NCBI GenBank assembly: GCA_963782525.1 | Contig: CAWAKC010000009.1 | Location: 176,727-240,726, forward strand | Reading direction: 5' to 3' | Origin: Candidatus Bathyarchaeota archaeon | GTDB lineage: Archaea > Thermoproteota > Bathyarchaeia > Bathyarchaeales > Bathycorpusculaceae | DNA: 64,000 nucleotides | Shown here: positions 10,582 to 20,930 of the stretch, one piece after another | Layout of the letters: every line of letters begins with the position of its first letter | How positions within the stretch are numbered: position 1 is the first letter of the stretch | Program-made: the position numbers and the translations under genes | Notes under the pieces: generated by a model | Seen by the model: the letters and a program-made list of their open reading frames with translations, nothing else | Databases searched by the model: none | What the model was told of the DNA's origin: nothing

Positions 10582-10813
10582 ACTTTTGATACTATAAGAA
10601 TACTCAAAGAAGAAATGAAAAAGCGCCAATCAGATAATTTGTGTGAATTATTACCCAAAATCTTAGTAAATTTATTAATTTCTAGATTTCGTGTGAGTTT
10701 TTATGGGTGAGTTGGTTGGTGGTTGGCGGTAGGTGGGAGGGCGTTGGTCAGAAAGTTTGTTTTTTGCGAATTGATTATGCTAGTACCTTTAATGGGGCAA
10801 ACTTGTAAGAGAA

Positions 10814-11077
10814 GTTGTTGTTGCTGCTGCAACTGTATTCTGCGCACCGGTTGCAACAACAATCAAAGATAAACCCAAATTGCCAAGTTTACTTTTACTG
10901 AATCACAAGTCAGACCATAGAAGATGATTGTGGTGATGATGATGCAAACCAATTTTGTTCTCAACAGTATCATCAATCAAACCAATGTCCGATTGCGCTG
11001 CTCACTGACTTGTTTGGTGATAATTGTCTGCTGGCGACCTATGGCAATCGAGAATTGCTGCTGCATGCTTGATTTTC
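10814..11077 (+). repeat. Array of about 7 abutting imperfect inverted repeats (hairpin array A)
   Basis: Examples: gttgttgttgc 10814-24 / gcaacaacaat 10853-63; atcacaa/ttgtggt; tgatgatg/tatcatca; atcaaac/gtttggt; attgtc/ggcaat; gagaattg/tgattttc. Confidence 0.7.
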
Positions 11078-11153
11078 TTTGGAAGGCTCAGTTTTGGAAA
11101 AACATTATAGCTTGGAACACAAACCCATTCTTTGTTTAGGATGAAAACCTCTC

Positions 11154-11816
11154 ATGTTGGTTGCAGGTGTTGACGAAGCGGGGCGCGGATGCGTTATCGG
11201 TCCTTTAGTTGTTGCTGGCGTAGCAGTGAAAACTGAGAAGCTGCAGTTGCTCTTTGACTTGGGCGTTAAAGACTCCAAACTTCTTACCGCCAAAAAAAGG
11301 GAAGCCCTGTACCCAGAAATTATAAAATTAACTGAAAAACACCACATAATAAAAGTTCCACCTGCCCAAATAGACAAGGTAGTTCGAAGTAGCAGAACTC
11401 TACACAAACTAAATCGCCTTGAAGCCCAAACTATGGCAAAAATAATTGAGGTTTTAAGACCTGACGAAGCCTACGTTGACGCCGCAGATGTGGTTGAGCA
11501 TCGGTTCGGAAACCACATATCTGAATTACTCAGGTTCAAAACTAAAGTTGTGTCGGAACACAAAGCTGACAGGACCTATCCCATTGTTTCGGCGGCATCC
11601 ATCATTGCTAAGGTGGAACGGGATGGCGAGATTGCGAAGTTAAAAGTGAAGTACGGCGACTTTGGAAGCGGATACTTAACCGATGAAAAAACCATGGTTT
11701 TCTTAAAACGGCTGCTTGATTCGAACGGTGACTACCCAAGCTGTGTCAGAAAAGCGTGGAAGCCTGCACAAAGAGCAAAAAGCGAGCATGGAAGCGTACA
11801 GTCGAAGCTAATTTAG
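11154..11816 (+). CDS. rnhB: Ribonuclease HII
   Basis: GVDEAGRG, VKDSK, VSAASIIAKV, FGSGY. Confidence 0.97.
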   Translation: MLVAGVDEAGRGCVIGPLVVAGVAVKTEKLQLLFDLGVKDSKLLTAKKREALYPEIIKLTEKHHIIKVPPAQIDKVVRSSRTLHKLNRLEAQTMAKIIEVLRPDEAYVDAADVVEHRFGNHISELLRFKTKVVSEHKADRTYPIVSAASIIAKVERDGEIAKLKVKYGDFGSGYLTDEKTMVFLKRLLDSNGDYPSCVRKAWKPAQRAKSEHGSVQSKLI

Positions 11817-11913
11817 AGTTAAATTAGTGTGTTTTGTAGTGTCTAAAAAGATACAATTTATAAACACCATCTACCATCCGTACTAGTAAATACGGGTTTT
11901 ATACGGCGGTAAC

Positions 11914-13608
11914 TTGATGAGTGAAAAAGACGTAACGAAATTCCTGCAGCTTTTAGGTTTATCTAAAAGAGAAATTCAAGTTTACATGTTCCTCGCTAAA
12001 AGCGGTGTCCAATCAACCAGCTTCGTTGCAAAACGTCTCAAGATGGAACGTGTGCAGGCTTACCGTACATTCAAGAAACTGCAGGAAAAAGGATTCATCG
12101 AAGCCACCTTAGAGAGACCCACCAGATTCACGATTGTTCCTTTTGAAGCGTTAGTTGACAATTTCATCACCGCCAAAAAGAACGAGGTCGTCAACCTAAA
12201 CGACCAAAAAACAAGCCTGTTAACCTCGTGGCAATCAATCAGCGCGCCTGAATCAGAATACCCCGTCGCCAAATTCTCAATTATAACGGGCAAGAAAAAG
12301 ATTCATACCAAAATGATTAACATGATTGAAGAATCCAAATCTGAAGTAATCGTGTTAACCACAGCGTTGGGTTTGATTCAGGAGGACATTGCAGGAATCT
12401 TTGATGCCGCAATAACTCCATCCCAAGAACACAATGTTCAAACCCAAATAATCACGGAAATTTCCCCAGAAAACCTCAAAGTAGTGGAAAGAATAGACCG
12501 CAACATCGTCGAAGACAAACTCAACATTAAACTTCGCCATGTCGGCATGAGCTCCAAGTTTTTCCCCAGATTCCTAATCAAAGACGAAGAAGAAGCCATA
12601 CTCTATGCACCCTTCGGAAACGAAGCGTCTGTTTTAAACCTTGAAGATGAAGGTTTATGGATTAACGACAAAATGTTCATATCTGTTTTGAAAGCGTTTT
12701 TTGTTCAGATGTGGCAGAGCGGAGTAGACGCTTCAAAACGCATAGAAGAGCTAAAGAGCGGAATTCCAATCGGCGAAACAATAGTCATCAAAAGCGTCGA
12801 GGAAGCATGGAACAAAGTAACCAAGATTTTGGATTCAGCCAAAAAAGACGTCGTAGTCATCACATCTTCACAGAGCATTAACCGCCTTGCTGAAGACGAC
12901 CCCATCGTAAAATACTTCAGAAAAGGCTTAAACACCCGCATAATGGCGTCCATCGATTTAGACAACCTTGAACCCGCCCAAAAACTGGCAAAAGACTACG
13001 AAGTTAAACATGTACCCATCAGCTACATGACCATGATGCTTGTTGACAACAAACACCTCTTCATGTTTAAGATGCCGCCTCTAAGTGACTTCGGCACAGA
13101 ATCCGCCTTCTACTTAGCTGACACCTTCTACTCCAGCGACCCCAGCCAAATTGAAAGAGTAAGCGAAATGCTAGACGACATCTGGAAACGTGGCATAGAC
13201 ATATCAGAGATTAGTAGCCAAGCCGGCACAAAGCTTCCAACGCTAGAAGTTGCCTCCACAGAAACCGTGGCTAAAACTGTTGGCAAAATGCTGCAGACCA
13301 GTGCGACATCAGTTTTAATTACTGAACAGCACAAACCCATCGGCGTAATCAACGATCGAGAACTACTACGAGAAGTCGTTGATGCCCGAAAAGACCCATT
13401 GAAGACACTTGCAAAAGACACCAATTACACCCCACTCATTATCCTTGAAGGGGACGAATCTATGATTACAGCGATGAAAATTATGACTGAAAGAGGCTTC
13501 AAACGTGCAGCTATGGTTAAAAACGGGCAATTAATCGGCATGTTAACAGAAGAAGCAGCCAAAAAAGTGGCTCTGCAAATTAAACCCTCCGCCAAAAAAG
13601 TTCCTTAG
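11914..13608 (+). CDS. TrmB-family transcriptional regulator with duplicated effector domain and C-terminal CBS pair
   Basis: N-terminal TrmB wHTH (GLSKREIQVYMFL...YRTFKKLQEKGFI...RPTRF), two PLD-like repeats, CBS motifs KPIGVINDRELL and QLIGMLTE. Confidence 0.85.
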   Translation: MMSEKDVTKFLQLLGLSKREIQVYMFLAKSGVQSTSFVAKRLKMERVQAYRTFKKLQEKGFIEATLERPTRFTIVPFEALVDNFITAKKNEVVNLNDQKTSLLTSWQSISAPESEYPVAKFSIITGKKKIHTKMINMIEESKSEVIVLTTALGLIQEDIAGIFDAAITPSQEHNVQTQIITEISPENLKVVERIDRNIVEDKLNIKLRHVGMSSKFFPRFLIKDEEEAILYAPFGNEASVLNLEDEGLWINDKMFISVLKAFFVQMWQSGVDASKRIEELKSGIPIGETIVIKSVEEAWNKVTKILDSAKKDVVVITSSQSINRLAEDDPIVKYFRKGLNTRIMASIDLDNLEPAQKLAKDYEVKHVPISYMTMMLVDNKHLFMFKMPPLSDFGTESAFYLADTFYSSDPSQIERVSEMLDDIWKRGIDISEISSQAGTKLPTLEVASTETVAKTVGKMLQTSATSVLITEQHKPIGVINDRELLREVVDARKDPLKTLAKDTNYTPLIILEGDESMITAMKIMTERGFKRAAMVKNGQLIGMLTEEAAKKVALQIKPSAKKVP

Positions 13609-13753
13609 CCCATTTGCCTTCTCTTTTTTGGAAAGCAAACAATTATTTTTCTTAACATTAATTGATTTTAGAAGTTGACGGTTATTACTAAAATACCAAC
13701 AATTACCCCTTTTACACCAAACTTCTAAATACCAAAACCAATCATAACCAAAA

Positions 13754-14014
13754 TTGAGGGATTCACTGTTGGCAAGTACAGTATCCAAAATATCAATTTT
13801 TTACGGGGTTCTATGGCTTCTATCAGTTTTTTTTCAGAACACAATTTACTCAACAGCCATTTCTGGTTTTGGCGTAATTCTCCTTATCGTTGTTGCGATC
13901 GGATTAGCTGGCGTGTTTGGCGAAAATGACGAAAACAATCTAAAATTTAAGACTGAAATAGAGAACTTACGCAGAGAAATTAACGAGTTAAAAGAAATAA
14001 AAAATAGGCTTTGA
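13754..14014 (+). CDS. Small membrane protein, two TM helices and a coiled-coil tail
   Basis: Two hydrophobic segments followed by EIENLRREINELKEIK. Confidence 0.55.
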   Translation: MRDSLLASTVSKISIFYGVLWLLSVFFQNTIYSTAISGFGVILLIVVAIGLAGVFGENDENNLKFKTEIENLRREINELKEIKNRL

Positions 14015-14104
14015 AATCTTTAATATTTAAACATAACAAAAGCATCCTCGCTGCAATTCAGAAACAGAAGCCATTCGAGTCCCACTCGCTATCTTCAACG
14101 GTAA

Positions 14105-14870
<766 letters not shown>

Positions 14871-14883
14871 CGCGTGAGCGCAA

Positions 14884-15765
14884 TTGAAGGTTGAACCTGA
14901 ATGTGAATCGTGTCTGCTTTCGCGGGCACAAATACAAACCTACCAAGCCACCACAAACCCCGCATTACGTTTTAGGTGCTTAGCAGAAATCACGAAGTTG
15001 CTAAACCGCGAATTCAAACCGACCTCAGTGGCGGCAGATATAGGAACAAAACGAGACCGCATAATCCGCCAATTAACAAGCAACAACGACCCCTACAAAT
15101 ACAACAAAAAACTCGCCAATGAAAAAGCCCTCAAAATGCGTCCCCACGCAAAAAAATATGTTGAATCAGGCATCAACCAGCAGGAACGCTTCAAAAAAGC
15201 CTGTTTGTGCGCCATCGTTGGTAACATAATGGAGTTTGATATTCCAGGTCATAAATTTACCTTGAAGAGTCTGGCAGGGGTTCTTCGGGAAGCAGCTAAA
15301 GACCTTGCAATCGACGACATCGATAAGGCTTATGAATTAGCCAAGAAGGCAAACAGCGTCTTATTTTTGGCTGATAACGCCGGTGAAATTGTCTTTGACA
15401 CACTCTTAGTTGAGCAACTCAAGAACATGGGATTAAAAGTTACCTACGTCGTTAAAGGCGGACCCGTAATCAACGACGCCACCATAGAAGACGTAGAAAT
15501 CTCCAACATGGATAAACTTGCCGACGAAGTCATAACCACAGGCTGCGACGCAGTTGGCTTACAGAAAAAAGAAGCCTCCCCAGAATTCCTAAAAGTCTAC
15601 GACGCCGCCGAACTCATCTTCGCCAAAGGCATGGGCTACGCAGAAACCCTTACCGAGTACAAACTCACAAAACCACACTTGCTAATGTTCCGCACCAAAT
15701 GCGTGCCCGTCGCAAACTATTTCTGTGTTCCACGCGATAAGAACATAGCAAAGTTGATGCCATAG
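14884..15765 (+). CDS. DUF89 / ARMT1-like damage-control phosphatase
   Basis: N-terminal CxxC, DPY, GN..EF, DNAGEIVFD, INDAT, KGMGYAETL. Confidence 0.88.
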   Translation: MKVEPECESCLLSRAQIQTYQATTNPALRFRCLAEITKLLNREFKPTSVAADIGTKRDRIIRQLTSNNDPYKYNKKLANEKALKMRPHAKKYVESGINQQERFKKACLCAIVGNIMEFDIPGHKFTLKSLAGVLREAAKDLAIDDIDKAYELAKKANSVLFLADNAGEIVFDTLLVEQLKNMGLKVTYVVKGGPVINDATIEDVEISNMDKLADEVITTGCDAVGLQKKEASPEFLKVYDAAELIFAKGMGYAETLTEYKLTKPHLLMFRTKCVPVANYFCVPRDKNIAKLMP

Positions 15766-17820
15766 ATGAATTTACCCGCCATAACTTTTCCAAAAGAATC
15801 ATTTTCTCGTTTTAGTAGCCTTTTAGAGAAGGAATGGCTGATAACCAACGGCTTAGGTGGCTATGCTTCTTCCTCTGTGCCGGGAATTAACACGCGTAAG
15901 TACCATGCTCTATTGGTTGCCGCGTTGGATCCTCCTGGAAATCGTACCGTTTGCCTCTCAAAACTCGACGAGGACATTTTGGTGGGCGATGATGTTTTTA
16001 GGTTGGGCTCCACCGAGTTTCATGACGTGATCTATCCTGAAGGTTACAAACTGATTAAAGAGTTTTCAGTAAATCCTTTCCCAAAGTATAACTACGAATT
16101 AGGACATGTGCAGGTTAACAAAACTCTTTTTATGCCTAAAAACAAGAACGCCATCGCAATAACCTATAAAATATCGAACCAAAACAATTCAGATGCCACG
16201 GTTAGGCTTTATCCACTTTTAACATGCAGATATTACCACACCGTAATCTACCAATCAAAAGCCCCATTGAATTTTACTCTAAAGAGCGCAGACGCACAGT
16301 TCCAAGTGACTTTTCAGCGTCCCCAAGCGACAATTATCTGTCGCTCAACGGAGGGAGCGTTCAAGGAAGGCGTGAACTGGTTAAACCATATCCATTACCG
16401 CGACGAGTTGATGCGAGGCGAATCAGATGTTGATGACTGTTTCCAGCCAGGAATTTTTGAGTTGAAGGTGCCTGCTGGTGCTGAGAAAGAGTTTGCGATA
16501 ACCTGTGCGATGAGCCATGTAAGCGGACAAGTCCAAGAAATAATGGATTCCATCGGAAACACAATCACCGCAATAAAAAACCTCTACAGACAGGAACTAA
16601 CCCAAAAATCAGAGTTACTTTCCAATTTTCACCATGATCGCCCTCAGGTACCGATGAGTGATTGGCTAAACTGGATTCTACTTGCCGCCGACTCCTTTAT
16701 AGTTGATAACGGTGCTGGCAAAAAGGCAGTGATCGCAGGCTACCATTGGTTTGAAGCTTGGGGCAGGGATACCTTCATTTCGTTGCCTGGGCTCATGCTT
16801 GTTACTGGTAGGTATGGCGACGCAAAAGATATCCTGCGAACATTCATTGGGTACGCTAAGAGCGGTTTGATTCCCAATTTTGTCTCCGACAAATCAGGCA
16901 TCCCCGTCTACGACACAGTCGATGCCACCCTCTGGTATGTTAACTCTGTCGTGCAATACGCCAAGTACACAGGTGACTTTGGTTTTGTCAAAGATGAGCT
17001 CTGGGAAAAGTTGAAGGGCATAGTTGAGAACCATCAAAGAGGCACATTATTTGGCATTCGTATGGATAGTGACGGCTTGCTTATGCATGGTCCAAGGCTT
17101 ACGTGGATGGATGCCGCTGTTGGAAACGACGTCATTACCCCTCGAACCGGAAAAGCCGTGGAAATTCAAGCCCTCTGGTATAACGCCCTGAAAGCTATGG
17201 AGTTGTTTGCAAACAAATTTGAGGCGCCCGACTTAGCCGGAAAATACGCGGATATGGCGAGTCAAGCTCAAAAGAGTTTTAGCGAGAAATTCTGGAACCC
17301 AAAAGAAAACTGTCTCTTCGACGTCATCGATGACAAAGCTCCCGACGCTTCGATTCGTCCCAACCAGATATTCGCAGTTTCCCTTGACTATGAAATGCTT
17401 GACAACGAAAAAAGCCGCCGCGTCGTCGAAGTCGTGAACCGCGAACTGGTGACGCCCCATGGATTGAAGACGTTGTCGGTTAGCGACCCCAAATTCGTAG
17501 GCAAATGTTCTGGCGACAGCAGAAGCAGAGATAGGGCATACCATAACGGCACAATCTGGCCATGGCTACTAGGACCATTCGTCACGGCGTATCTAAAAGT
17601 CAACGAATACACCCCACAGGCAAAGCAGCAAATGCTCGAAAACCTCATCCTGCCCCTCTTCACCGTCGGAATCCACCAAGGCGGCTTAGGCACAATAAAC
17701 GAAATCTACGACTGCGACCCCCCAAACGCACCAAGAGGCTGCATCTCCCAAGCATGGAGCGTCGCCGAACCATTACGAGCCTACATAGAAGACATATTAC
17801 AGGTTAAACCAAAATTTTGA
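15766..17820 (+). CDS. Glycogen debranching enzyme (archaeal amylo-alpha-1,6-glucosidase)
   Basis: EWLITNGLGGYAS, AGYHWFEAWGRDTFISLPGL, TWMDA, YHNGTIWPWL, QAWSVAE. Confidence 0.93.
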   Translation: MNLPAITFPKESFSRFSSLLEKEWLITNGLGGYASSSVPGINTRKYHALLVAALDPPGNRTVCLSKLDEDILVGDDVFRLGSTEFHDVIYPEGYKLIKEFSVNPFPKYNYELGHVQVNKTLFMPKNKNAIAITYKISNQNNSDATVRLYPLLTCRYYHTVIYQSKAPLNFTLKSADAQFQVTFQRPQATIICRSTEGAFKEGVNWLNHIHYRDELMRGESDVDDCFQPGIFELKVPAGAEKEFAITCAMSHVSGQVQEIMDSIGNTITAIKNLYRQELTQKSELLSNFHHDRPQVPMSDWLNWILLAADSFIVDNGAGKKAVIAGYHWFEAWGRDTFISLPGLMLVTGRYGDAKDILRTFIGYAKSGLIPNFVSDKSGIPVYDTVDATLWYVNSVVQYAKYTGDFGFVKDELWEKLKGIVENHQRGTLFGIRMDSDGLLMHGPRLTWMDAAVGNDVITPRTGKAVEIQALWYNALKAMELFANKFEAPDLAGKYADMASQAQKSFSEKFWNPKENCLFDVIDDKAPDASIRPNQIFAVSLDYEMLDNEKSRRVVEVVNRELVTPHGLKTLSVSDPKFVGKCSGDSRSRDRAYHNGTIWPWLLGPFVTAYLKVNEYTPQAKQQMLENLILPLFTVGIHQGGLGTINEIYDCDPPNAPRGCISQAWSVAEPLRAYIEDILQVKPKF

Positions 17821-17821
17821 A

Positions 17822-19702
17822 TTAAGGACAGCGTTTTTTGAAGTAAACAATTAAACCTGCAGCGATAGCTAGCACTGTAACTGCAAAGATAGCAGCAATT
17901 GTTGCAGTTGGGAAAGTCTGCTGCTCAATCGTTCCATAGCCAAAGGGTGTGTATTGCTCATTTGTGTCATAATCTTTGAAATAACCCGGAATATTATTGA
18001 AGTGGTCAGTAAATCCTCCAATAAAGTAGAGAGTATCATTTACGACCGCGATACTTAGGTATTGACGATTGACGGGAGGATTAGTGCCAAATGTCCAATT
18101 ATTATTGGCTGGGTCGTAAACTTGAAGATAAGATCCATCATATGCGTAGATTTGTTTTGGAGCCATTACGCCGGTTGTCGCGGCAGCCGAGGCTGCAATG
18201 CCATTTGCGCCTCCAGGATAAATATTTATTGAGGAGGGCGCGTCGATGCTCCAAGTATCTGTTTTAGGGTCGTAAATTTGAGTCAACCCTGGACCTATAA
18301 CATATATTTTGTTGTTAACTACTGCTGAGACGTAACCAGCAGGGTTGGGCATAGGCGACTTAGTAGTCCATGTGTCACTTGATGGGTCATAAACTTCTGT
18401 TACATTTAACGTTTGGGAGCCTTGATTGTAACCTTCGTTCCATTTCTCTCCACCCATAGCGTAGATTTTGCCATCTATAACGTTAGCCTGCAAACCATAC
18501 CTTGTTGTGGGCATGGGTGCTTTGGTTTCCCAAGAATCGGTTGCGGGATTATAGACCTCATTTATCCCGCTGCTTCCGTTTCCGTTTAAACCGCCTATAC
18601 AGTAAATTTTGTTTTGGAAGACTGCGATGGCGAAGCTTTGCTCGGGAGTGGGATTTGCCGATTTTGTAATCCACATATCGGTTGCTGGATCATATTCTTC
18701 GTTTGTTCCAATCGGTCCGCTTCCTCCGATAGCGTATATCTTCCCGTTTGCTACTGCGACTTCTAGAAACCCTCTTGCCGTTGGCATAGGTGCCTTCTCG
18801 GTCCAAGAGTTCTCGACGGCTAAAGCTCTAGAGTTGGTTGGTGTCGGTGTTGGACTGGACTCTATTTGTGGAACACCATGGAATGGTTCCATAAGTGGAT
18901 AGTCGTCTTTATTCTGAGCATCAATGTAGTAGGGGGTGTTACCTATTCCAGAGTTTTCCATCACGCTGGCGCTGGGATATTTTGTGTGGTAGTCACTCCA
19001 GTAGTTACCGCCACTGGGAAAACCATTATCCCACACGTTTATAGAATTAGTATTGTATGTTTGATAATAATTGTTGACAATATTGTTGTAGTAGACCTTA
19101 TTGTTGGAGGCTTCACCAAAGCAGATTCCCGTTGTGTAAGGACTCCGTCGGGAGTCACTCGTTATGTTGTTTTGCACAATTAAGTTAGATGAGGTGTTGA
19201 TACACTCTATTCCAACAAGATTGGACATGAGATTATTTTGATTAATTATGTTAGAATTTCCTCCTCTGACATGGATTCCCGCGAAAATTATACCATTCAA
19301 AGCCTGAACGCTCCAAAAACCTGTTACTGTATTATTGACAATGAGATTATTTGTTGCATTATCAAGCGACAAACCAATCGTTTCGGTGAATTCGTTTTTC
19401 ATTGTCACTACAAAGTTTTTGACTGTTACATTTAATGTGCTTTGCAATAAGAGACTTGATACAGCATGTCCGCTTCCATCAAAAACAATACTGTTTGCAT
19501 TTACCGTAATGCTTCCAACAATGTCACTGGTTAAATAGAAAATAGTGCTCTTTTTTTGTATTGGTGCCGTTGAGGGATTTATGCTGAAATCAGCGTTTAT
19601 TGTGATATTGCCTTGATATTGGGCGTTAATGGGCTGGATGAAGGCTATTCCTAAAGTCATAAGGGTTATCAGGATTAGGGTGAGGGCGAGGGTTTTTTTC
19701 AT
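17822..19702 (-). CDS. Cell-surface protein: NosD-like beta-helix + Kelch repeats + C-terminal TM anchor
   Basis: Signal peptide; Asn-rich beta-helix ending GNYWSDY...DYPL; Kelch repeats KAPMPTAR...KIYAIGG; hydrophobic tail followed by KKR. Confidence 0.85.
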   Translation of the reverse strand: MKKTLALTLILITLMTLGIAFIQPINAQYQGNITINADFSINPSTAPIQKKSTIFYLTSDIVGSITVNANSIVFDGSGHAVSSLLLQSTLNVTVKNFVVTMKNEFTETIGLSLDNATNNLIVNNTVTGFWSVQALNGIIFAGIHVRGGNSNIINQNNLMSNLVGIECINTSSNLIVQNNITSDSRRSPYTTGICFGEASNNKVYYNNIVNNYYQTYNTNSINVWDNGFPSGGNYWSDYHTKYPSASVMENSGIGNTPYYIDAQNKDDYPLMEPFHGVPQIESSPTPTPTNSRALAVENSWTEKAPMPTARGFLEVAVANGKIYAIGGSGPIGTNEEYDPATDMWITKSANPTPEQSFAIAVFQNKIYCIGGLNGNGSSGINEVYNPATDSWETKAPMPTTRYGLQANVIDGKIYAMGGEKWNEGYNQGSQTLNVTEVYDPSSDTWTTKSPMPNPAGYVSAVVNNKIYVIGPGLTQIYDPKTDTWSIDAPSSINIYPGGANGIAASAAATTGVMAPKQIYAYDGSYLQVYDPANNNWTFGTNPPVNRQYLSIAVVNDTLYFIGGFTDHFNNIPGYFKDYDTNEQYTPFGYGTIEQQTFPTATIAAIFAVTVLAIAAGLIVYFKKRCP

Positions 19703-19759
19703 TTGCGCATTTTACCCAACTCAAGGCTAGACTATTTTTAGATATATGGTTTTTGGAGC

Positions 19760-20800
19760 TTAGTGTTTTAGTGCGTTTCTAAGGGTTTCTGCAGCGGTTT
19801 CTGGCGTAACCGTGTTAATGTAGCATCCAGTGCTTTTCTCGAATCCTGCCCAAGTTGCCAGTTTGGGGTAGACTTCTAGGTGCCAGTGGTAGCTGTCTTG
19901 GGCTTCGGGGTTTAGGGATAGGTGGATCCCGTAATTGTATGGTGGATCGTTAACGAGGGTTTTTAGGGCTTTGAGACTGGCTTTGAGAGTTTTTGCGAAT
20001 GCACTGATTTCGGGTGCTGTCAGGTTTAAAATGTTAGCTGCATGTTTTTTGGGCAGTATCCAAAACTCCATCGGATTAATACTTGCGTAGGGCGCCAAAA
20101 CCACAAAATCGCTGTCTTCAGAAACCAACCGTGGACCCTGCGCTTCGCCCTCGATGATATCACAGAAGATGCATTTGCCATGGTCCTCGTAAAAGGGTTG
20201 GCTGGCTTTCTGCTCCTCTCGGACTGTCGTGGGAACCATGGGAGTCGCGATTATTTGGCTGTGCGCATGAGACAGCGATGCGCCTGCTTCCAAGCCTTGA
20301 TTACGAAAAATCGAAACGTACTTGACATAGGACTTTGCACTAAGCTCTCTGAACCTGTCGACGTAAGCTTTTATTACTAGTTCCAACTGAGGTAATTCTG
20401 CGTCCGCCGGGTCCTCACCGTGATTAGGAGACTCAATAATTACCTCATGGTGGCCAACTGCATCCCATAGATAATCGCTTTTGACGATTTTTGCTGTGTC
20501 TGCAGGTTGTTTGGGTAGGCTGAAAGCAGGGTACAAGTTTGGAATGACGCGGACCAGCCAATTTTTTGGGCGCTCACCAGTCAGAGGGTCTTGGCTCCGT
20601 TTTACTTCGCCGTTCTCTTTTGTGTAGAGCATAACTGCAGGAGGTGTCATGTTTTCGTTGCCCATGCACATCGGGCAGGTATCTGTTTTGGCTGTTTCGG
20701 CTTTGGGCTTGCTAAGGTCAGTGGGACGGCGGCTGCGTTCGGTGGCGATGACGACCCAGCGGTCAAGCAAGTAATCTTTTCGTAGTTCATTATAAGGCAT
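19760..20800 (-). CDS. galT: Galactose-1-phosphate uridylyltransferase (GalT/HIT family)
   Basis: RSRRP, CPMC, NLYPA, GASLSHAHSQ, HWHLE, AGFE. Confidence 0.92.
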   Translation of the reverse strand: MPYNELRKDYLLDRWVVIATERSRRPTDLSKPKAETAKTDTCPMCMGNENMTPPAVMLYTKENGEVKRSQDPLTGERPKNWLVRVIPNLYPAFSLPKQPADTAKIVKSDYLWDAVGHHEVIIESPNHGEDPADAELPQLELVIKAYVDRFRELSAKSYVKYVSIFRNQGLEAGASLSHAHSQIIATPMVPTTVREEQKASQPFYEDHGKCIFCDIIEGEAQGPRLVSEDSDFVVLAPYASINPMEFWILPKKHAANILNLTAPEISAFAKTLKASLKALKTLVNDPPYNYGIHLSLNPEAQDSYHWHLEVYPKLATWAGFEKSTGCYINTVTPETAAETLRNALKH

Positions 20801-20930
20801 ACAAAACAAGAAGAGCGCGGGTCATTTTAGCGTTTCTAAGCCGGTATTGCTCCGTGTTTGAATGAGTGGCTGGAAGGTTTTATATCCCCTACATACAATA
20901 GTGAGAATTCAATTTTAATCAGCTGAGAAC

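Noticed and set aside
10933-11008. Box C/D sRNA (GTGATGA ... CTGA) next to nop5-fibrillarin
   Set aside because: About 76 nt span, no recognisable internal D'/C' boxes, and the C box is sequestered in a hairpin arm. Not excluded but unsupported.
14070-14095. tRNA fragment (TTCGAGTCCC)
   Set aside because: No T-stem complement, acceptor stem or CCA; only a 5-bp hairpin.
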